DNA of 64,000 nucleotides from an uncultured Gemmatimonadales bacterium (GCA_963825055.1 CAWGSK010000009.1:1-64000), one strand, 5' to 3'. Numbered from the stretch's first letter, positions 39,730 through 50,248 are shown. Numbers and translations are program-made. Notes: generated by a model from the sequence alone, not told the origin.

Positions 39730-40605
39730 TCAGACAAGCCGGTAGTTGCGGAACTCGAAGACACGGGCGCCGGTCAATTTCTCGATCACGTCCGACGCGT
39801 AGAACCGCAAGTGCTCCCACTGGAACTTCGGCGGCTCCACGTTGCGCTCCGGGTCATGCCGGCGCTCCTCCACCCAGCGCGTGGCGGCGGCAGGATGAGC
39901 GCCCGTGAAGCGGGTGAGCCCCGGAAACCACGGCAGCAGGGGTCGGCGGGCCTCGCTCTCCCGTGACCATGGATACAGCGTCCGGTTCACCTCCCGCTTC
40001 GCGCGGAGGGCGCGTGCAGGCCGGGCCCACCCATAGTGGAACATGGTCGCCTTCGTCAGCCGGGCCCGGATCTTCCGATGCTCCGGCCCGACGCGGAAAC
40101 CCTGCGCCCCCTGGTAGGGCCGGATATCGAGCGCGGGATCGAGCCGGACTGCCCGGACCTCGCGACGGTACCAGCGGCGGTTCACCGCAATGGTGTCGAG
40201 GTCGCCGTAGAAGTGCAGGTAGCGGACCAGCAGTCCCTCCACTTGCGCGTCAGTATCACTGGCCCGGATCGCGGCCATCAGCTCCACCGCGCCGTCTTCA
40301 TGCAACACCTCATCCGCCTGAATGTAGATCCCCCACGGATGACGGCAGGCCCGCATGGCGCGGAGCGTTTCATCGCCCAGCACCTTGTTCTTGATCGTCA
40401 TGTCCCACTCGGTCTCGATGATCCGGATCTTCGGGTCATCGATCGAGCGGACGAGTTCCAGGGTATCGTCCTCCGACTTTCCCACGTTCACCACCACCTC
40501 GTCGCACACCGGCAGGATCGACCGGATGCTCGCTTCCAGCGGGAAGTCGAGCTTGATCGCGTTCCGGACGATGGTGAAGCCAGATATGGGGAGCGGGGCG
40601 GTCAC
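39730..40605 (-). CDS. Glycosyltransferase family 2-like
   Basis: SGFTIVRNA, SEDDT, YIQADE and FHYGWAR motifs. Confidence 0.85.
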   Translation of the reverse strand: MTAPLPISGFTIVRNAIKLDFPLEASIRSILPVCDEVVVNVGKSEDDTLELVRSIDDPKIRIIETEWDMTIKNKVLGDETLRAMRACRHPWGIYIQADEVLHEDGAVELMAAIRASDTDAQVEGLLVRYLHFYGDLDTIAVNRRWYRREVRAVRLDPALDIRPYQGAQGFRVGPEHRKIRARLTKATMFHYGWARPARALRAKREVNRTLYPWSRESEARRPLLPWFPGLTRFTGAHPAAATRWVEERRHDPERNVEPPKFQWEHLRFYASDVIEKLTGARVFEFRNYRLV

Positions 40606-40606
40606 G

Positions 40607-40726
40607 TGGTTGAGTCGTTGAGTGGTTGAGTGGTTGAGTGGTTGAGTGGTGCTGGAGATTAGGGCCCTGCCGCCCGATTCTCAACTGGCCCCCTGGGCTG
40701 GTGACTCAACGATTCAACGACTCAAC
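40607..40726. repeat. Bipartite inverted element ([G/C]GTTGAGT)x5 ... (A[C/T]TCAACG)x3
   Basis: Between divergent genes; arms complementary. Confidence 0.88.
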
Positions 40727-40746
40727 GTCCCCACTACCTTCCCCGC

Positions 40747-41679
40747 ATGCACATCACCCTCTTCTGGCACGACCGGCTGCCCGTGAAGGGCTACGGCGGA
40801 ACGCAGCGGGTCGTGGTATGGCTGGCGCGCGGGCTGGCCGAGCTGGGGCATGAGGTCTCGCTGATCGCCGGACCTGGCAGCCGGGTACCCGAAGCGAGAC
40901 TGGTGCCGGTGGAGGTGAAGACCATGCGGTCGGCGGGGTTCAACCCTGCCACGCACCTGCCGGCAGGCACCGACATCCTCCACTCGTTCGTGCCGATCTA
41001 CGAGCGGCTCGACCTGCCCTACGTCTGGACCCAGGAGGGCAACTTCCGGCCGGGCCGGACTCCCCCGCCCCGCACCATCTTCGTGAGCGCCAACCACGCG
41101 GAGCGGAATGGCAGCAGGGCGTTCGTCTACAACGGCATTGATCCCGACGAATTCACCTTCCGGGCCGGCAAGGACGACTACGACCTCTTCATCGGCCGCC
41201 TGCATCGGGAGAAGGGATACCAGCTCGCGATCGAGGCGGCGCGCCGGGCCGGCCGGCAGCTGGTGCTCGCGGGAGGCTGGCGCCCGACACTCAGGCGGGG
41301 AGCCCGATTCCTCGGCTCGGTGGACGGCGCGGAAAAGGCCGCGTGGCTGGCCGGCGCCCGCTGCCTATGGATGCCGGCCCAGTGGGACGAGCCCTTCGGC
41401 CTGACGCTGGCGGAGGCACTGATGAGCGGCACGCCGGTGCTCGGTACCCACCATGGCTCGCTGCCGGAGATCATCTCGCCGGACGTCGGCATCCTGGCAG
41501 ACACGGTGGATGGCCTCGTCGAGGCGGCGGGAGTGATCGATGCGCGTCGTAACCCGGAGGCCTGCCGGGCGCGGGCGGAACGCTGGTTCACCCATCGCGC
41601 GATGGCGGAAGAGTACGTCAGGTTCTACCGGGAGATGCTGGCGAGCGGAGGGCTGGCGGAGGGGAGGAGAGCGGAGTAG
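40747..41679 (+). CDS. Glycosyltransferase family 4
   Basis: YGGTQRV, VYNG, GRLHREKG and EPFGLTLAEA motifs. Confidence 0.9.
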   Translation: MHITLFWHDRLPVKGYGGTQRVVVWLARGLAELGHEVSLIAGPGSRVPEARLVPVEVKTMRSAGFNPATHLPAGTDILHSFVPIYERLDLPYVWTQEGNFRPGRTPPPRTIFVSANHAERNGSRAFVYNGIDPDEFTFRAGKDDYDLFIGRLHREKGYQLAIEAARRAGRQLVLAGGWRPTLRRGARFLGSVDGAEKAAWLAGARCLWMPAQWDEPFGLTLAEALMSGTPVLGTHHGSLPEIISPDVGILADTVDGLVEAAGVIDARRNPEACRARAERWFTHRAMAEEYVRFYREMLASGGLAEGRRAE

Positions 41680-41683
41680 GGTG

Positions 41684-41858
41684 GGGAGTCGGGAGTCGGG
41701 AGTCGGGAGTCGGGAGTCGGGAAGGTACTTTCCGCCCAGGCACTAATCACTATTCACTAATCACTATTCGCCGGAAAATCGGACGCTGAATCGTCAAGTC
41801 GTTAAATCGTTGAGTCGCCTCTTTCACCGTTCACCGCTCACCGTTCACCGCTCCGTTC
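41684..41858. repeat. Two adjacent bipartite elements: (GGGAGTC)x5 ... (CACTA[A/T]T)x4, then (TTGAGTCG-like)x4 ... (TCACCG[T/C])x4-5
   Basis: Arms at 41684-41721, 41741-41768, about 41787-41817 and about 41823-41858. Confidence 0.88.
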
Positions 41859-42846
41859 ACGCTGTTCCTGTCGCAACCACCGCCTTCATCCTGTGCATAT
41901 ACGTATGGTTGCCCAGTGCGCGGCGCCTGGCGGCCTGGGCCATGGCATCCCGCTCCGCGTGATGATACAGCGCGTGTTTTACCGCGGCGCGAAGGGCGGC
42001 CGGATCCTCCACTGCCAGCACTTCCTCTCCCGGCGCAAAGTGCCCGGACAGGTCATCTGTCGCATCCACGACCTGGGGGACGCCCATTGCCGCCGTCTCG
42101 AAGAGCCGCGCGGTGACCGTTCGGGGCGGGCCGTCCGGACCCGGCGCCTCACGCTGGAGCGTGACGGCTACCGTGCTCCCGGCGATGGCCCGGTTGGCGT
42201 CGTCGTCACTCAGCCGCTCGTCCAGGCAGTAATCCCGCAGCCCGGTACTCCGCCAACCGGCGCCCCACACGGTCAGCCCGAAGTCCCGCAGCTCCGCCAG
42301 CATCGACTCCCGCCACGGCGTGGCCTCGCCGACGAACGTCACGTTCGAGCGGAGCGGTGTCTCCCGCACGCGCATGGGCCGGTGCACTGACGGGTCGCAC
42401 CCGGGCGCCAGGGCGTCGAAGGCGCGGGATGCGTGCCCGCCGTACCACGCCGCAGCGGCGGTGCCCGGAAGCAGGACGTGATCGTAGCCGAGTACCGCCT
42501 CCGCCATCGCCTCGGGGTCGCCGGGAATGTCGGGGTACCAGTGGGTCCATCGGAGCGCGGCGGCGCCGGGAACGGCAGTAATCACGTCCCCGAGTACCGG
42601 CGCCCCACCCACCGTCAGCACGAGATCCGGGCCCCACCCCTCCAGCGCCCGGGCCAGGCGGTCCGCCGCCTTGCCACCCGTGAGCCGGGACCAGAGCCCG
42701 CCGCCATCCAGCCGGACCGCCCTCACGGTGCACCCCAGCCGCTCGAGCGCGCGCTGGAGCAGCGCGGCGTGCGGGTGCGAGCGCCTGGCATCGGCGTCGA
42801 GATACAGAACCTGCGGCTGGTGCGTGTCAGGCATGGCGTCCGGCAT
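41857..42846 (-). CDS. CgeB/YkvP-like glycosyltransferase (Glyco_trans_1_2)
   Basis: GCDPSVHRP, RLFETAAMG and HTYMHRM motifs. Start is 42846 or 42834. Confidence 0.75.
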   Translation of the reverse strand: MPDAMPDTHQPQVLYLDADARRSHPHAALLQRALERLGCTVRAVRLDGGGLWSRLTGGKAADRLARALEGWGPDLVLTVGGAPVLGDVITAVPGAAALRWTHWYPDIPGDPEAMAEAVLGYDHVLLPGTAAAAWYGGHASRAFDALAPGCDPSVHRPMRVRETPLRSNVTFVGEATPWRESMLAELRDFGLTVWGAGWRSTGLRDYCLDERLSDDDANRAIAGSTVAVTLQREAPGPDGPPRTVTARLFETAAMGVPQVVDATDDLSGHFAPGEEVLAVEDPAALRAAVKHALYHHAERDAMAQAARRRALGNHTYMHRMKAVVATGTA

Positions 42847-42866
42847 CAGGGACAGGGCGGCGGCCG

Positions 42867-44687
42867 TCAGCCGGCGCTGACGGCCTCGTCGCGGAACTGA
42901 AGGTCGTGAAGGCGCCGGTAGAGACCGTTCCCGGCGTACAGCGCGTCGTGCGAGCCGGTCTCGACCACGCGGCCATCCCGCAGCACCACGATCAGGTCGG
43001 CGTGGCGGACAGTCGCAAGGCGGTGGGCGATGACAAGGACGGTGCGATCCTGCATGAGCCGGTCGATGGCTTCCTGCACCAGGCGCTCCGACTCCGCGTC
43101 GAGCGCGCTGGTGGCCTCGTCCAGGATCAGGATCGGGGGATCGCGCAGGAGTGCCCGGGCAATGGCGATGCGCTGGCGCTGGCCACCCGAGAGCCGGGTG
43201 CCTCGCTCGCCCAGCAGCGTTCCGTACCCGGCCGGCAGTTGCATGATGAACTCGTGCGCATTGGCCGCCCGCGCCGCCGCCTCCACCTGTTCCGCCGTCG
43301 CCTCGGGGCGGCCATAGCCGATGTTGGCGTGCACCGTGTCGTTCAGCAGCACGGTATCCTGGCTGACCACCCCCATCAGGCGCCGCAGCGACGAGCGATC
43401 GAGCCCGGTCGTGGGCGTCCCGTCCACCAGGACCGCTCCGGCGGTCGGATCATGAAACCGGGGGACCAGGTCCACCAGGGTGGTTTTCCCGGCGCCGCTC
43501 GGCCCCACGATGGCCACCACCGCTCCCTTCGGCACGCGGAAGCTCACATCCTGCAGCACGGGAGGGTCGGTACCGTAGGCGAAGGTGACGCCGTCGAACG
43601 CGATCTCCCGGCTGAATGCTGCCTCCGCCTCGCCCGGGCGCGGAGCTTCGTCCGCCGGCAGGTCGAGCAGCGCGAACACCCGCTCCGCGCTGGCCAGGGC
43701 CACCGCCATGACCGCCGGGAACTGCGTGAGGCTCTTGAGGGGGGACATCATCTTGAGCGCCGCCACCAGGAACACGATCAGGGCGCTGGCGCCGATGGCC
43801 TGGCCCCCCGTCCCGAAGGCGGGGCTGGTGCCGGCATAGATGATCAGGATCAGCATGAGCCCGCCGAATACCTCGCTCACGGGGCTCGTGAGGGAGCTGT
43901 ACCGCTGGGTGCGGATCACCTTCTTCCGGTAGTTCTCCGACTGGATGAGGAAGCGGGACGCCTCGGTCGTCTCGCCGCCGTAGGCCCGGATCAGCTTGAT
44001 CGCGCCGAGCCGCTCGGTGACGGTCGCGACGATCTCGCCGCGCTCGTGCGCCCGGTCGCGGCTGTGGCGCCGCAGCCGGCGGAGGAGGCCGCGGATCCCG
44101 ACGATGAGCACCGGCGCCATGGCGAGCGTGAGCACGGTGAGCTTCCAGCTCGTCAGCCACATCACCACCAGGGTGACGCTGATCATGATGAAGTTCTGGA
44201 AGAAGGAGGCGAGCGCCGCCGTCACCGCCGTCTTGGTGGTGTCCACGTCGCTCACGATGCCGGCAATGAGCTGGCCGCTCCGGGTGCGCTGGAAGAAGTC
44301 GAGGTCCAGCTTGAGCAGGTGCACGAAGAGACGCTGGCGCAGGTCACGCACCAGGCTTTCCTGCATGGCGACGTTGATCTGGCTCGACGCGTAGCTCATC
44401 GCATTCTTGAAGAGCAGCCCGAGCAGCAGGATGAAGACGACCCGTGCGGTGGCTTCCCCCGCCGTCGCCCCCTGGAGGACGGGCGCCATGAGCCATTCGG
44501 TCACCTGCTCGAGGCGCGTCCCCCCGCCCAGCGCGCCCGCGGTGCCGAACAGGGTCTTGAGCAGCGGGATGAGCACAATGACCGTGAAGCCGTCGAGCAC
44601 CGAGGCGAGGAACGCCGTCAGGAGCCCGAGGGCAAAGAGCCCCCAGTAGGGGCGCATGTAGCCGAGGAGTCGGCGCTCCGGCGACAC
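42867..44687 (-). CDS. MsbA-like ABC exporter (permease plus ATPase)
   Basis: TM domain, GPSGAGKT, LSGGQRQR and DEATSALD; LPS-type gene context. Confidence 0.92.
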   Translation of the reverse strand: MSPERRLLGYMRPYWGLFALGLLTAFLASVLDGFTVIVLIPLLKTLFGTAGALGGGTRLEQVTEWLMAPVLQGATAGEATARVVFILLLGLLFKNAMSYASSQINVAMQESLVRDLRQRLFVHLLKLDLDFFQRTRSGQLIAGIVSDVDTTKTAVTAALASFFQNFIMISVTLVVMWLTSWKLTVLTLAMAPVLIVGIRGLLRRLRRHSRDRAHERGEIVATVTERLGAIKLIRAYGGETTEASRFLIQSENYRKKVIRTQRYSSLTSPVSEVFGGLMLILIIYAGTSPAFGTGGQAIGASALIVFLVAALKMMSPLKSLTQFPAVMAVALASAERVFALLDLPADEAPRPGEAEAAFSREIAFDGVTFAYGTDPPVLQDVSFRVPKGAVVAIVGPSGAGKTTLVDLVPRFHDPTAGAVLVDGTPTTGLDRSSLRRLMGVVSQDTVLLNDTVHANIGYGRPEATAEQVEAAARAANAHEFIMQLPAGYGTLLGERGTRLSGGQRQRIAIARALLRDPPILILDEATSALDAESERLVQEAIDRLMQDRTVLVIAHRLATVRHADLIVVLRDGRVVETGSHDALYAGNGLYRRLHDLQFRDEAVSAG

Positions 44688-46255
44688 TAGCGGCTGGCGC
44701 GCGGGGTCAGCAGCGCGAGGGGCAGGATCACTTCCTCCGGCGACACGCCGCCGTGAAGAAACGCGCCGCGGTACCGCGCCTGGTATTCCCGGAGCTTCGT
44801 CGGGTACACGAAGAACCGGTCACCCGTCGCCATCGCGAGACGGACGCCCGCCCCGCGCGCGGGGAGGCCCCACGCCGGCAGGTCGTCCACCAGCAACGCC
44901 GCGTCGGGATCCTGGGTGCGCAGGTTCTCCCCGAACTTGTAGCGGAGGTTCGCCGTCGCATCCCGTTTCGCGTAGATCGTCGCGGGCGTATGGCAGTGGA
45001 TGGAACCGTGGTCCGTGGTGAGCACGACGGGCACGCCCCGCCGGGCGGCCTCGCGCAGCGCCTCGAGCAGGGCCGAGCGTTCGAACCACGTGCGGGTGAG
45101 GCTCCGGAGCGCCGGCGTGTCCCGGGCAACCTCGAACAGCGTGGAGTTCTCGGTCCGGCCGTGCGTCAGCTGGTCGATGAAGTTGAAGACCAGCGCCGTC
45201 ACCCCCGGCTGGGAGAGATGGCCCGGCAGCCGTTTCAACAGGCTCTCGCCGTCCGCCGCGGTGAAGACCTTCTCGTACCGCACCGGCACCGGGCCGCCGG
45301 TCAGGTCCTTCATGTGCTCGCTGAGGAGTTCGGCCTCGTGCGCGTTCAGGCTGTTCTCGTCCTGGTTCTTCCAGAGCGTCGGGAACCGGCTCGCCAGTTC
45401 CACCGGGAACAGGCCCGAGAAGATCGCGTTGCGCGAATAGGGCGTCGCCGTCGGGAGGATCGAGAAGTAGCTCGCGGTCTCCACGTCGAAGATGGTCCCG
45501 ATCAGCGGCCGCAGGACCTCCCACTGGTCCATCCGCAGGCAATCCACCACCACGAGCATGGCGCGCCCCCGCTCGCGGAACACCGGCAGGAGGAACTCCG
45601 CGCCGATATCCACCGACAACGGGGGGCGGTCGCTCTCCTCATCGTTGAGCCAGGTGGCGTAGTGCCGCTCGAGGTAACGGGCGAAGTCCTGCCGGAGGCT
45701 GGCCTGGAGCGTGCCGAGCGCTTCCTGCAGCCCGGGCTCGTCCACGTCGCCGAGGCGCACTTCCCATTCCGCCAGCTCGGTGACCAGGTCGATCCACTCG
45801 CGCCAGGAGAGCCGGTCGCCGCGACGGGCTTCGAGGTCGCGGAACCTGGTCGCAAAATCACGGCTCAGCCGCTGCTGGCGGATCCGGTCGCCATCCAGCA
45901 GGCGGGTCACCACCGTGAGGATCTGCCGCGGGTTGACCGGCTTCACGAGATAGTCGGACACCTCGGCGCCGATGGCGTCCTTCAGGGTCTCGCTCTCCTC
46001 GCTTTTCGTCACCATCACGACCGGCATCGAGCGATCGATCAGGCGGATCTCACGGAAGAGGTCAAGCCCCCGGCGTCCCGGCATGTGTTCGTCGAGCAGG
46101 ACGATGCCGTACGACTGCCGCTGGAGCAGGACGAGCGCGTCGTCACCGTGGGCGGTCTTCTCGACCACGAAGCCGTGCTCCTCCAGGAAGAGGATCTGCG
46201 AGGTCAGGCTCTCGACCTCGTCATCGACCCAGAGGATGCTTTTGGGGCGTACCAT
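44687..46255 (-). CDS. PorX-like response regulator (REC plus PglZ alkaline-phosphatase domain)
   Basis: ILWVDDE, LLDEHMPG, VDCLRMDQW, LPTATPYSRNAIFSG, TDHG and HGGVS motifs. Confidence 0.9.
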   Translation of the reverse strand: MVRPKSILWVDDEVESLTSQILFLEEHGFVVEKTAHGDDALVLLQRQSYGIVLLDEHMPGRRGLDLFREIRLIDRSMPVVMVTKSEESETLKDAIGAEVSDYLVKPVNPRQILTVVTRLLDGDRIRQQRLSRDFATRFRDLEARRGDRLSWREWIDLVTELAEWEVRLGDVDEPGLQEALGTLQASLRQDFARYLERHYATWLNDEESDRPPLSVDIGAEFLLPVFRERGRAMLVVVDCLRMDQWEVLRPLIGTIFDVETASYFSILPTATPYSRNAIFSGLFPVELASRFPTLWKNQDENSLNAHEAELLSEHMKDLTGGPVPVRYEKVFTAADGESLLKRLPGHLSQPGVTALVFNFIDQLTHGRTENSTLFEVARDTPALRSLTRTWFERSALLEALREAARRGVPVVLTTDHGSIHCHTPATIYAKRDATANLRYKFGENLRTQDPDAALLVDDLPAWGLPARGAGVRLAMATGDRFFVYPTKLREYQARYRGAFLHGGVSPEEVILPLALLTPRASR

Positions 46256-46335
46256 GGAGCCAAAGCTACACGGAACCGTGAGCGGCGAGCAACGCGCTGG
46301 CGCGGGACCGTGCGGGGCCCGTACATTCCCGCGCC

Positions 46336-47358
46336 GTGCCCAGTGCCCTGACCACCCCGCGCGTCCTGCTGATCCGGTTCAGCTCCATCGGCGACGTCCT
46401 GCTGACGACGCCGCTGGTCCGCGCCCTGCGGGCCCAGCTGCCCGGGGCCCGTCTCGCGTTCCTGACGAAACGGGCCTTCGTCCCGCTCGTCTCGGAACAT
46501 CCGGCACTGGACGACGTCATCGCGCTCGACCCGGGCACCGCGCTCAGCCGCCTTGCCCGGCGCCTGCGGGAGGAGCACTTCACCCACGTGCTCGATCTCC
46601 ACGGCAGCCTGCGGACGCGCGCCCTCCGCCTGCTCCTCCCCGCCCGCTGGCGCGGCTACCGGCACCACCGCGCCGCGCGGGAGATCCTGATCCGCACTCA
46701 CCGCGACGTCTATCCGCACCACCTGCCGGTCCCGGAGCGATACTTCCACGCCGCCCGGGATTTCGGCATCGCGCCGGACGGCGGTCCGCCGGAGTTCCAC
46801 CTGGACGAGACGGCTGAGGCCACCGCGCTGGGCTGGCTCGCCGACCGCGGCCTGGGCAGGTCCCGGCCGCTTGCCGCCCTGGCGCCCGGGGCGGCGCACG
46901 GTACCAAGCGGTGGCCCCGCGCGCACTGGGCGGCCGTCATCCCCATGCTCGTGGCGCGCGGCTGGGACTGCGTGCTGCTGGGCGGCCCGGCTGACCGTGC
47001 GCTGGCCGAGGGACTGGCAGTGGAGGCCGGGGAGCATGTGGCCAGCGCGGCAGGGCGGTTCGCCCTTCAGGAAACGGGCGCGGCCATCAGGGAGGCACGC
47101 TTTCTCGTCTCGGGAGACACCGGTGTGATGCACATGGCCACCGCCGTCGGCACGCCAGTGGTGGCGCTCTTCGGCCCGACCGTACGCCAGTTCGGCTTCT
47201 ACCCCTATCAGGCACCGCATGAGGTGCTGGAACAGTCCCTCGCCTGCCGTCCCTGCACCGCGTGGGGAGGCGAACGATGCCCGCTGGGGCACCATCGCTG
47301 CCTGGTGGACACGACGCCGGCCGCGGTGCTGGCCGCGGCGGGACGGCTGGCGGGATGA
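46336..47358 (+). CDS. Glycosyltransferase family 9 (LPS heptosyltransferase, WaaF-like)
   Basis: RFSSIGDV, PGAAHGTKRWP, DTGVMHMA and LFGPT motifs. Confidence 0.92.
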   Translation: MPSALTTPRVLLIRFSSIGDVLLTTPLVRALRAQLPGARLAFLTKRAFVPLVSEHPALDDVIALDPGTALSRLARRLREEHFTHVLDLHGSLRTRALRLLLPARWRGYRHHRAAREILIRTHRDVYPHHLPVPERYFHAARDFGIAPDGGPPEFHLDETAEATALGWLADRGLGRSRPLAALAPGAAHGTKRWPRAHWAAVIPMLVARGWDCVLLGGPADRALAEGLAVEAGEHVASAAGRFALQETGAAIREARFLVSGDTGVMHMATAVGTPVVALFGPTVRQFGFYPYQAPHEVLEQSLACRPCTAWGGERCPLGHHRCLVDTTPAAVLAAAGRLAG

Positions 47359-47717
47359 GCGAGATGACGGGCTGGCACCCGGCGGAGGTCGCGCTGGTGG
47401 AGCAGATGGCGGCCGCGGCCCGGGGGCCGAGGCGGGAGGGGCACTTCGCGCTCTGGCTGACCGTGCGGATCGCGCGGGAGATGCTGTCCGAGCCGAGGCC
47501 ACCTGACCGTGCCCTGCGCCGGCGGCTGCACGAGCTGGAGCGACGCCTCGCGACCCTCACGCTGCCCGCGCCGCTTCGACGGGGGATGACCGCCGCGATG
47601 CTGCACCTGAAACCGGGTACGCCGGACGCAGCCCGGGAAGCGCTCAGACTTCTGGCCGCCCCGGCCCGCGAGAGCCTGGGGGAGGCGGCGGCGGAAGCGT
47701 TGATGGGGGTGGTGTGA
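47355..47717 (+). CDS. Hypothetical protein
   Basis: ATGA overlap with the upstream gene; about 120 aa; GC-type codon usage. Confidence 0.6.
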   Translation: MSEMTGWHPAEVALVEQMAAAARGPRREGHFALWLTVRIAREMLSEPRPPDRALRRRLHELERRLATLTLPAPLRRGMTAAMLHLKPGTPDAAREALRLLAAPARESLGEAAAEALMGVV

Positions 47718-47719
47718 AT

Positions 47720-47782
47720 TCAAGGTCAAGGTCAAAGGTCGAAGGAGTACTTGAACGACCTTCGACCTTCGTCCCTCGACCC
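47720..47782. repeat. Short bipartite inverted element (AAGGTC-like)x3-4 ... (CGACCTT-like)x4
   Basis: Between convergent genes; arms complementary. Confidence 0.7.
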
Positions 47783-48237
47783 TACTTCACATCCACCGTG
47801 TCCGGCGGGGCTCGGGGCGGGGCCTTGAGGGTGTCCTGCGGCTTCGTCGCGACCGCCCCGGCCATCCGGATGATCGAGCCACCGGTGGCGCTGTCGGGCC
47901 GGATGGTGATCCAGATCGGCGGGCCGTTTCGCTCGGCGTAGATGGAGATCTCGCCGTCACGAGCGGTCTGGTCACTGATGAGGTTCCAGCCGCTCCCTGG
48001 AAGCGAGAGGCGGTAGTACTGCGCCACCACCGAGGCCGAGTCTGAACTCTGGAAGGTGAACTGCAGGGCTTCCTCGCCCCCCTCGCGCGAGAGTACCGCG
48101 GCGTTCGGCGGGAGGGGCATGTTCGGCAGCACGTCCTGGATGCGCGGCGTCTTCGGCGCATCGCTGCCGCACGCGGCGAGGGTCGTGCCGGCCATGACCA
48201 GGCTTCCTAAGAGCAAGTATCGCAGAGATATACGCAT
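47782..48237 (-). CDS. Hypothetical lipoprotein
   Basis: Signal peptide with LAAC lipobox. Confidence 0.65.
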   Translation of the reverse strand: MRISLRYLLLGSLVMAGTTLAACGSDAPKTPRIQDVLPNMPLPPNAAVLSREGGEEALQFTFQSSDSASVVAQYYRLSLPGSGWNLISDQTARDGEISIYAERNGPPIWITIRPDSATGGSIIRMAGAVATKPQDTLKAPPRAPPDTVDVK

Positions 48238-48388
48238 AGCGGAGCAGAGTACTTCCGGCCAGCCCCCGGGGTCAAGGTGTCGCGTTGCCCGGGGCATGGC
48301 CACCGGCTATGTTTTCCCCTCATCAAGGGGCGGCGCGTGCATCCTGGCCGCCGTCGCGACATCTTCGCCGGGGGCAAGGAGTTGGGCC

Positions 48389-49141
48389 ATGGCGGGCCAT
48401 AGCAAGTGGAAGCAGATCAAGCGCAAGAAGGCCATCACCGACGCCAAGCGCGCGTCCTCCTGGACCAAGGTCATCCGCGAAATCACCATCGCCGCCAAGA
48501 GCGGCGGAGGCGATCCCGCGGGCAACCCGCGGCTGCGCACCGCCATCGATGCGGCGAAGGCCGTGAACATGCCCAACGAGAACATCGACCGTGCCGTCAA
48601 GAAGGGCACCGGCGAGCTCGAGGGCAGTTCATATGAGGAGGTGACGTACGAGGGCTATGGCCCCGGCGGGGCCGCCATCTTCATCGAAGGCAGCACGGAC
48701 AACGCGAACCGCACGGTCGCCGACATCCGGCACGCGCTCTCCCGCAACGGGGGCAACCTCGGCGCCTCGGGCTCGGTCGCCTGGATGTTCGACAAGCGCG
48801 GCCAGATCTACCTGGACGCCGCGGGACATCCCGACGAGGACGCGGTGCTGGAGGCAGCGCTCGAGGCGGGGGCGGACGACTTCGTCCGCGAGGACGATCA
48901 GTACCTCGTGAGCACGTCACCCACCAGCTTCCACGCGGTGCAGGACCAGCTCCGGGAACGCGGCTTTGCCATTGCCTCGGCCGAACTGGCCATGGTTCCG
49001 AAGAACGAAGTGAAGGTCGAGGGCGCCGACCTCGAGACGCTGCTCCGCCTGATCGAGGCGCTGGAGGAGCTGGACGATGTCGCGCAGGTGTTCTCCAACT
49101 TCGATGCGGACGCCGCCCAGATGGCCGAGGCGTCCCGCTGA
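48389..49141 (+). CDS. yebC: YebC/PmpR family protein
   Basis: MAGHSKW and YEGYGPGG motifs; upstream of ruvC. Confidence 0.95.
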   Translation: MAGHSKWKQIKRKKAITDAKRASSWTKVIREITIAAKSGGGDPAGNPRLRTAIDAAKAVNMPNENIDRAVKKGTGELEGSSYEEVTYEGYGPGGAAIFIEGSTDNANRTVADIRHALSRNGGNLGASGSVAWMFDKRGQIYLDAAGHPDEDAVLEAALEAGADDFVREDDQYLVSTSPTSFHAVQDQLRERGFAIASAELAMVPKNEVKVEGADLETLLRLIEALEELDDVAQVFSNFDADAAQMAEASR

Positions 49142-49154
49142 CCCGGCCCCGGCC

Positions 49155-49649
49155 ATGAAGGTGCTGGGGATCGACCCCGGCACCCATGTCATCGGGTACG
49201 GCGTACTCGAACCGACCCGGACCCGTACGCCCCGGCTGCTCGAGTGCGGCGTCCTCCGCACCGACGGCACCGCCCCGCTGGCCAACCGGCTCAAGACCAT
49301 CCACGACGGCATCAGTGAACTGCTCGTGCGGCACCGGCCCGACGTCATGGCGGTGGAAGGCATCTTCTACGCCCGGAATGCGCGGACCACGATGGTCCTG
49401 GGCCACGCCCGCGGGGTCATCCTGCTCTGCGCCGAGCAGGCGGGCGTCACAGTGGCGGAATACTCGCCCGCGATGGTCAAGAAGACCGTGGTCGGGCGGG
49501 GAGCCGCCATGAAGGACCAGGTCGGCTACATGGTGCAGCAGCTGCTGCGGCTCCAGCACCCGCCCGAGCCGGCCGACGCCGCCGATGGCGTGGCGATCGC
49601 GCTGACCCACCTGCTGCGCCTCGTCCCGCGCGCAGGCGCCCTGGCATGA
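49155..49649 (+). CDS. ruvC: Holliday junction resolvase
   Basis: LGIDPG, GHARG and DAADGVAIA motifs. Confidence 0.95.
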   Translation: MKVLGIDPGTHVIGYGVLEPTRTRTPRLLECGVLRTDGTAPLANRLKTIHDGISELLVRHRPDVMAVEGIFYARNARTTMVLGHARGVILLCAEQAGVTVAEYSPAMVKKTVVGRGAAMKDQVGYMVQQLLRLQHPPEPADAADGVAIALTHLLRLVPRAGALA

Positions 49650-50248
49650 TCGCGACCGTCACGGGCACTCTCACCGAACGCGTTGCCGACTCGATCGTCA
49701 TCGAGACCGAGGGCGGCGTCGGGTATGCGATCACGGTTCCGCTGGGCGTGTTCGAGCGACTGCCCGCGCCGGGAGCCAGGGTGCGGCTGTTCACCGAACT
49801 GGTGGTGCGCGAGGACGGATGGTTCCTTTTCGGATTCGACCGGCCGGCCGAGCGGGCCATCTTCCGGCGGCTGCTGACGGCGAGCGGGTTCGGCCCCCGG
49901 CTGGCCATGGCACTCCTCAGTACCCTCGGCCCGGAGCGGGCGGTGCGGAGCATCCAGGAGCGCGACATCGCGGCCCTCGCGACCGTGAGCGGTATCGGAA
50001 AGAAGAAGGCGGAGAAGCTGGTGGTGGAGCTGCAGGACCGGTTCAAGGACTTCACCGTGGAAAGCGCCACGGGGCGCTCCGCCACGGCCGGCGACGCGGT
50101 GCAGGCCCTGGTGGCCCTCGGCTATTCGGTCGCGGCGGCCGAGGAAGCCGTCCGCCATTCCCTCGCGACGGACGGGGCGGAAGAACCCGCTCTGGTGGTG
50201 CGCCGCGCCCTGCAGTGGATCACGACCTCACGGGGAGGCAAGGCATGA
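49646..50248 (+). CDS. ruvA: Holliday junction branch migration protein
   Basis: GGVGY, VRED, GIGKKKAE and ALVALGY motifs. Confidence 0.95.
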   Translation: MIATVTGTLTERVADSIVIETEGGVGYAITVPLGVFERLPAPGARVRLFTELVVREDGWFLFGFDRPAERAIFRRLLTASGFGPRLAMALLSTLGPERAVRSIQERDIAALATVSGIGKKKAEKLVVELQDRFKDFTVESATGRSATAGDAVQALVALGYSVAAAEEAVRHSLATDGAEEPALVVRRALQWITTSRGGKA

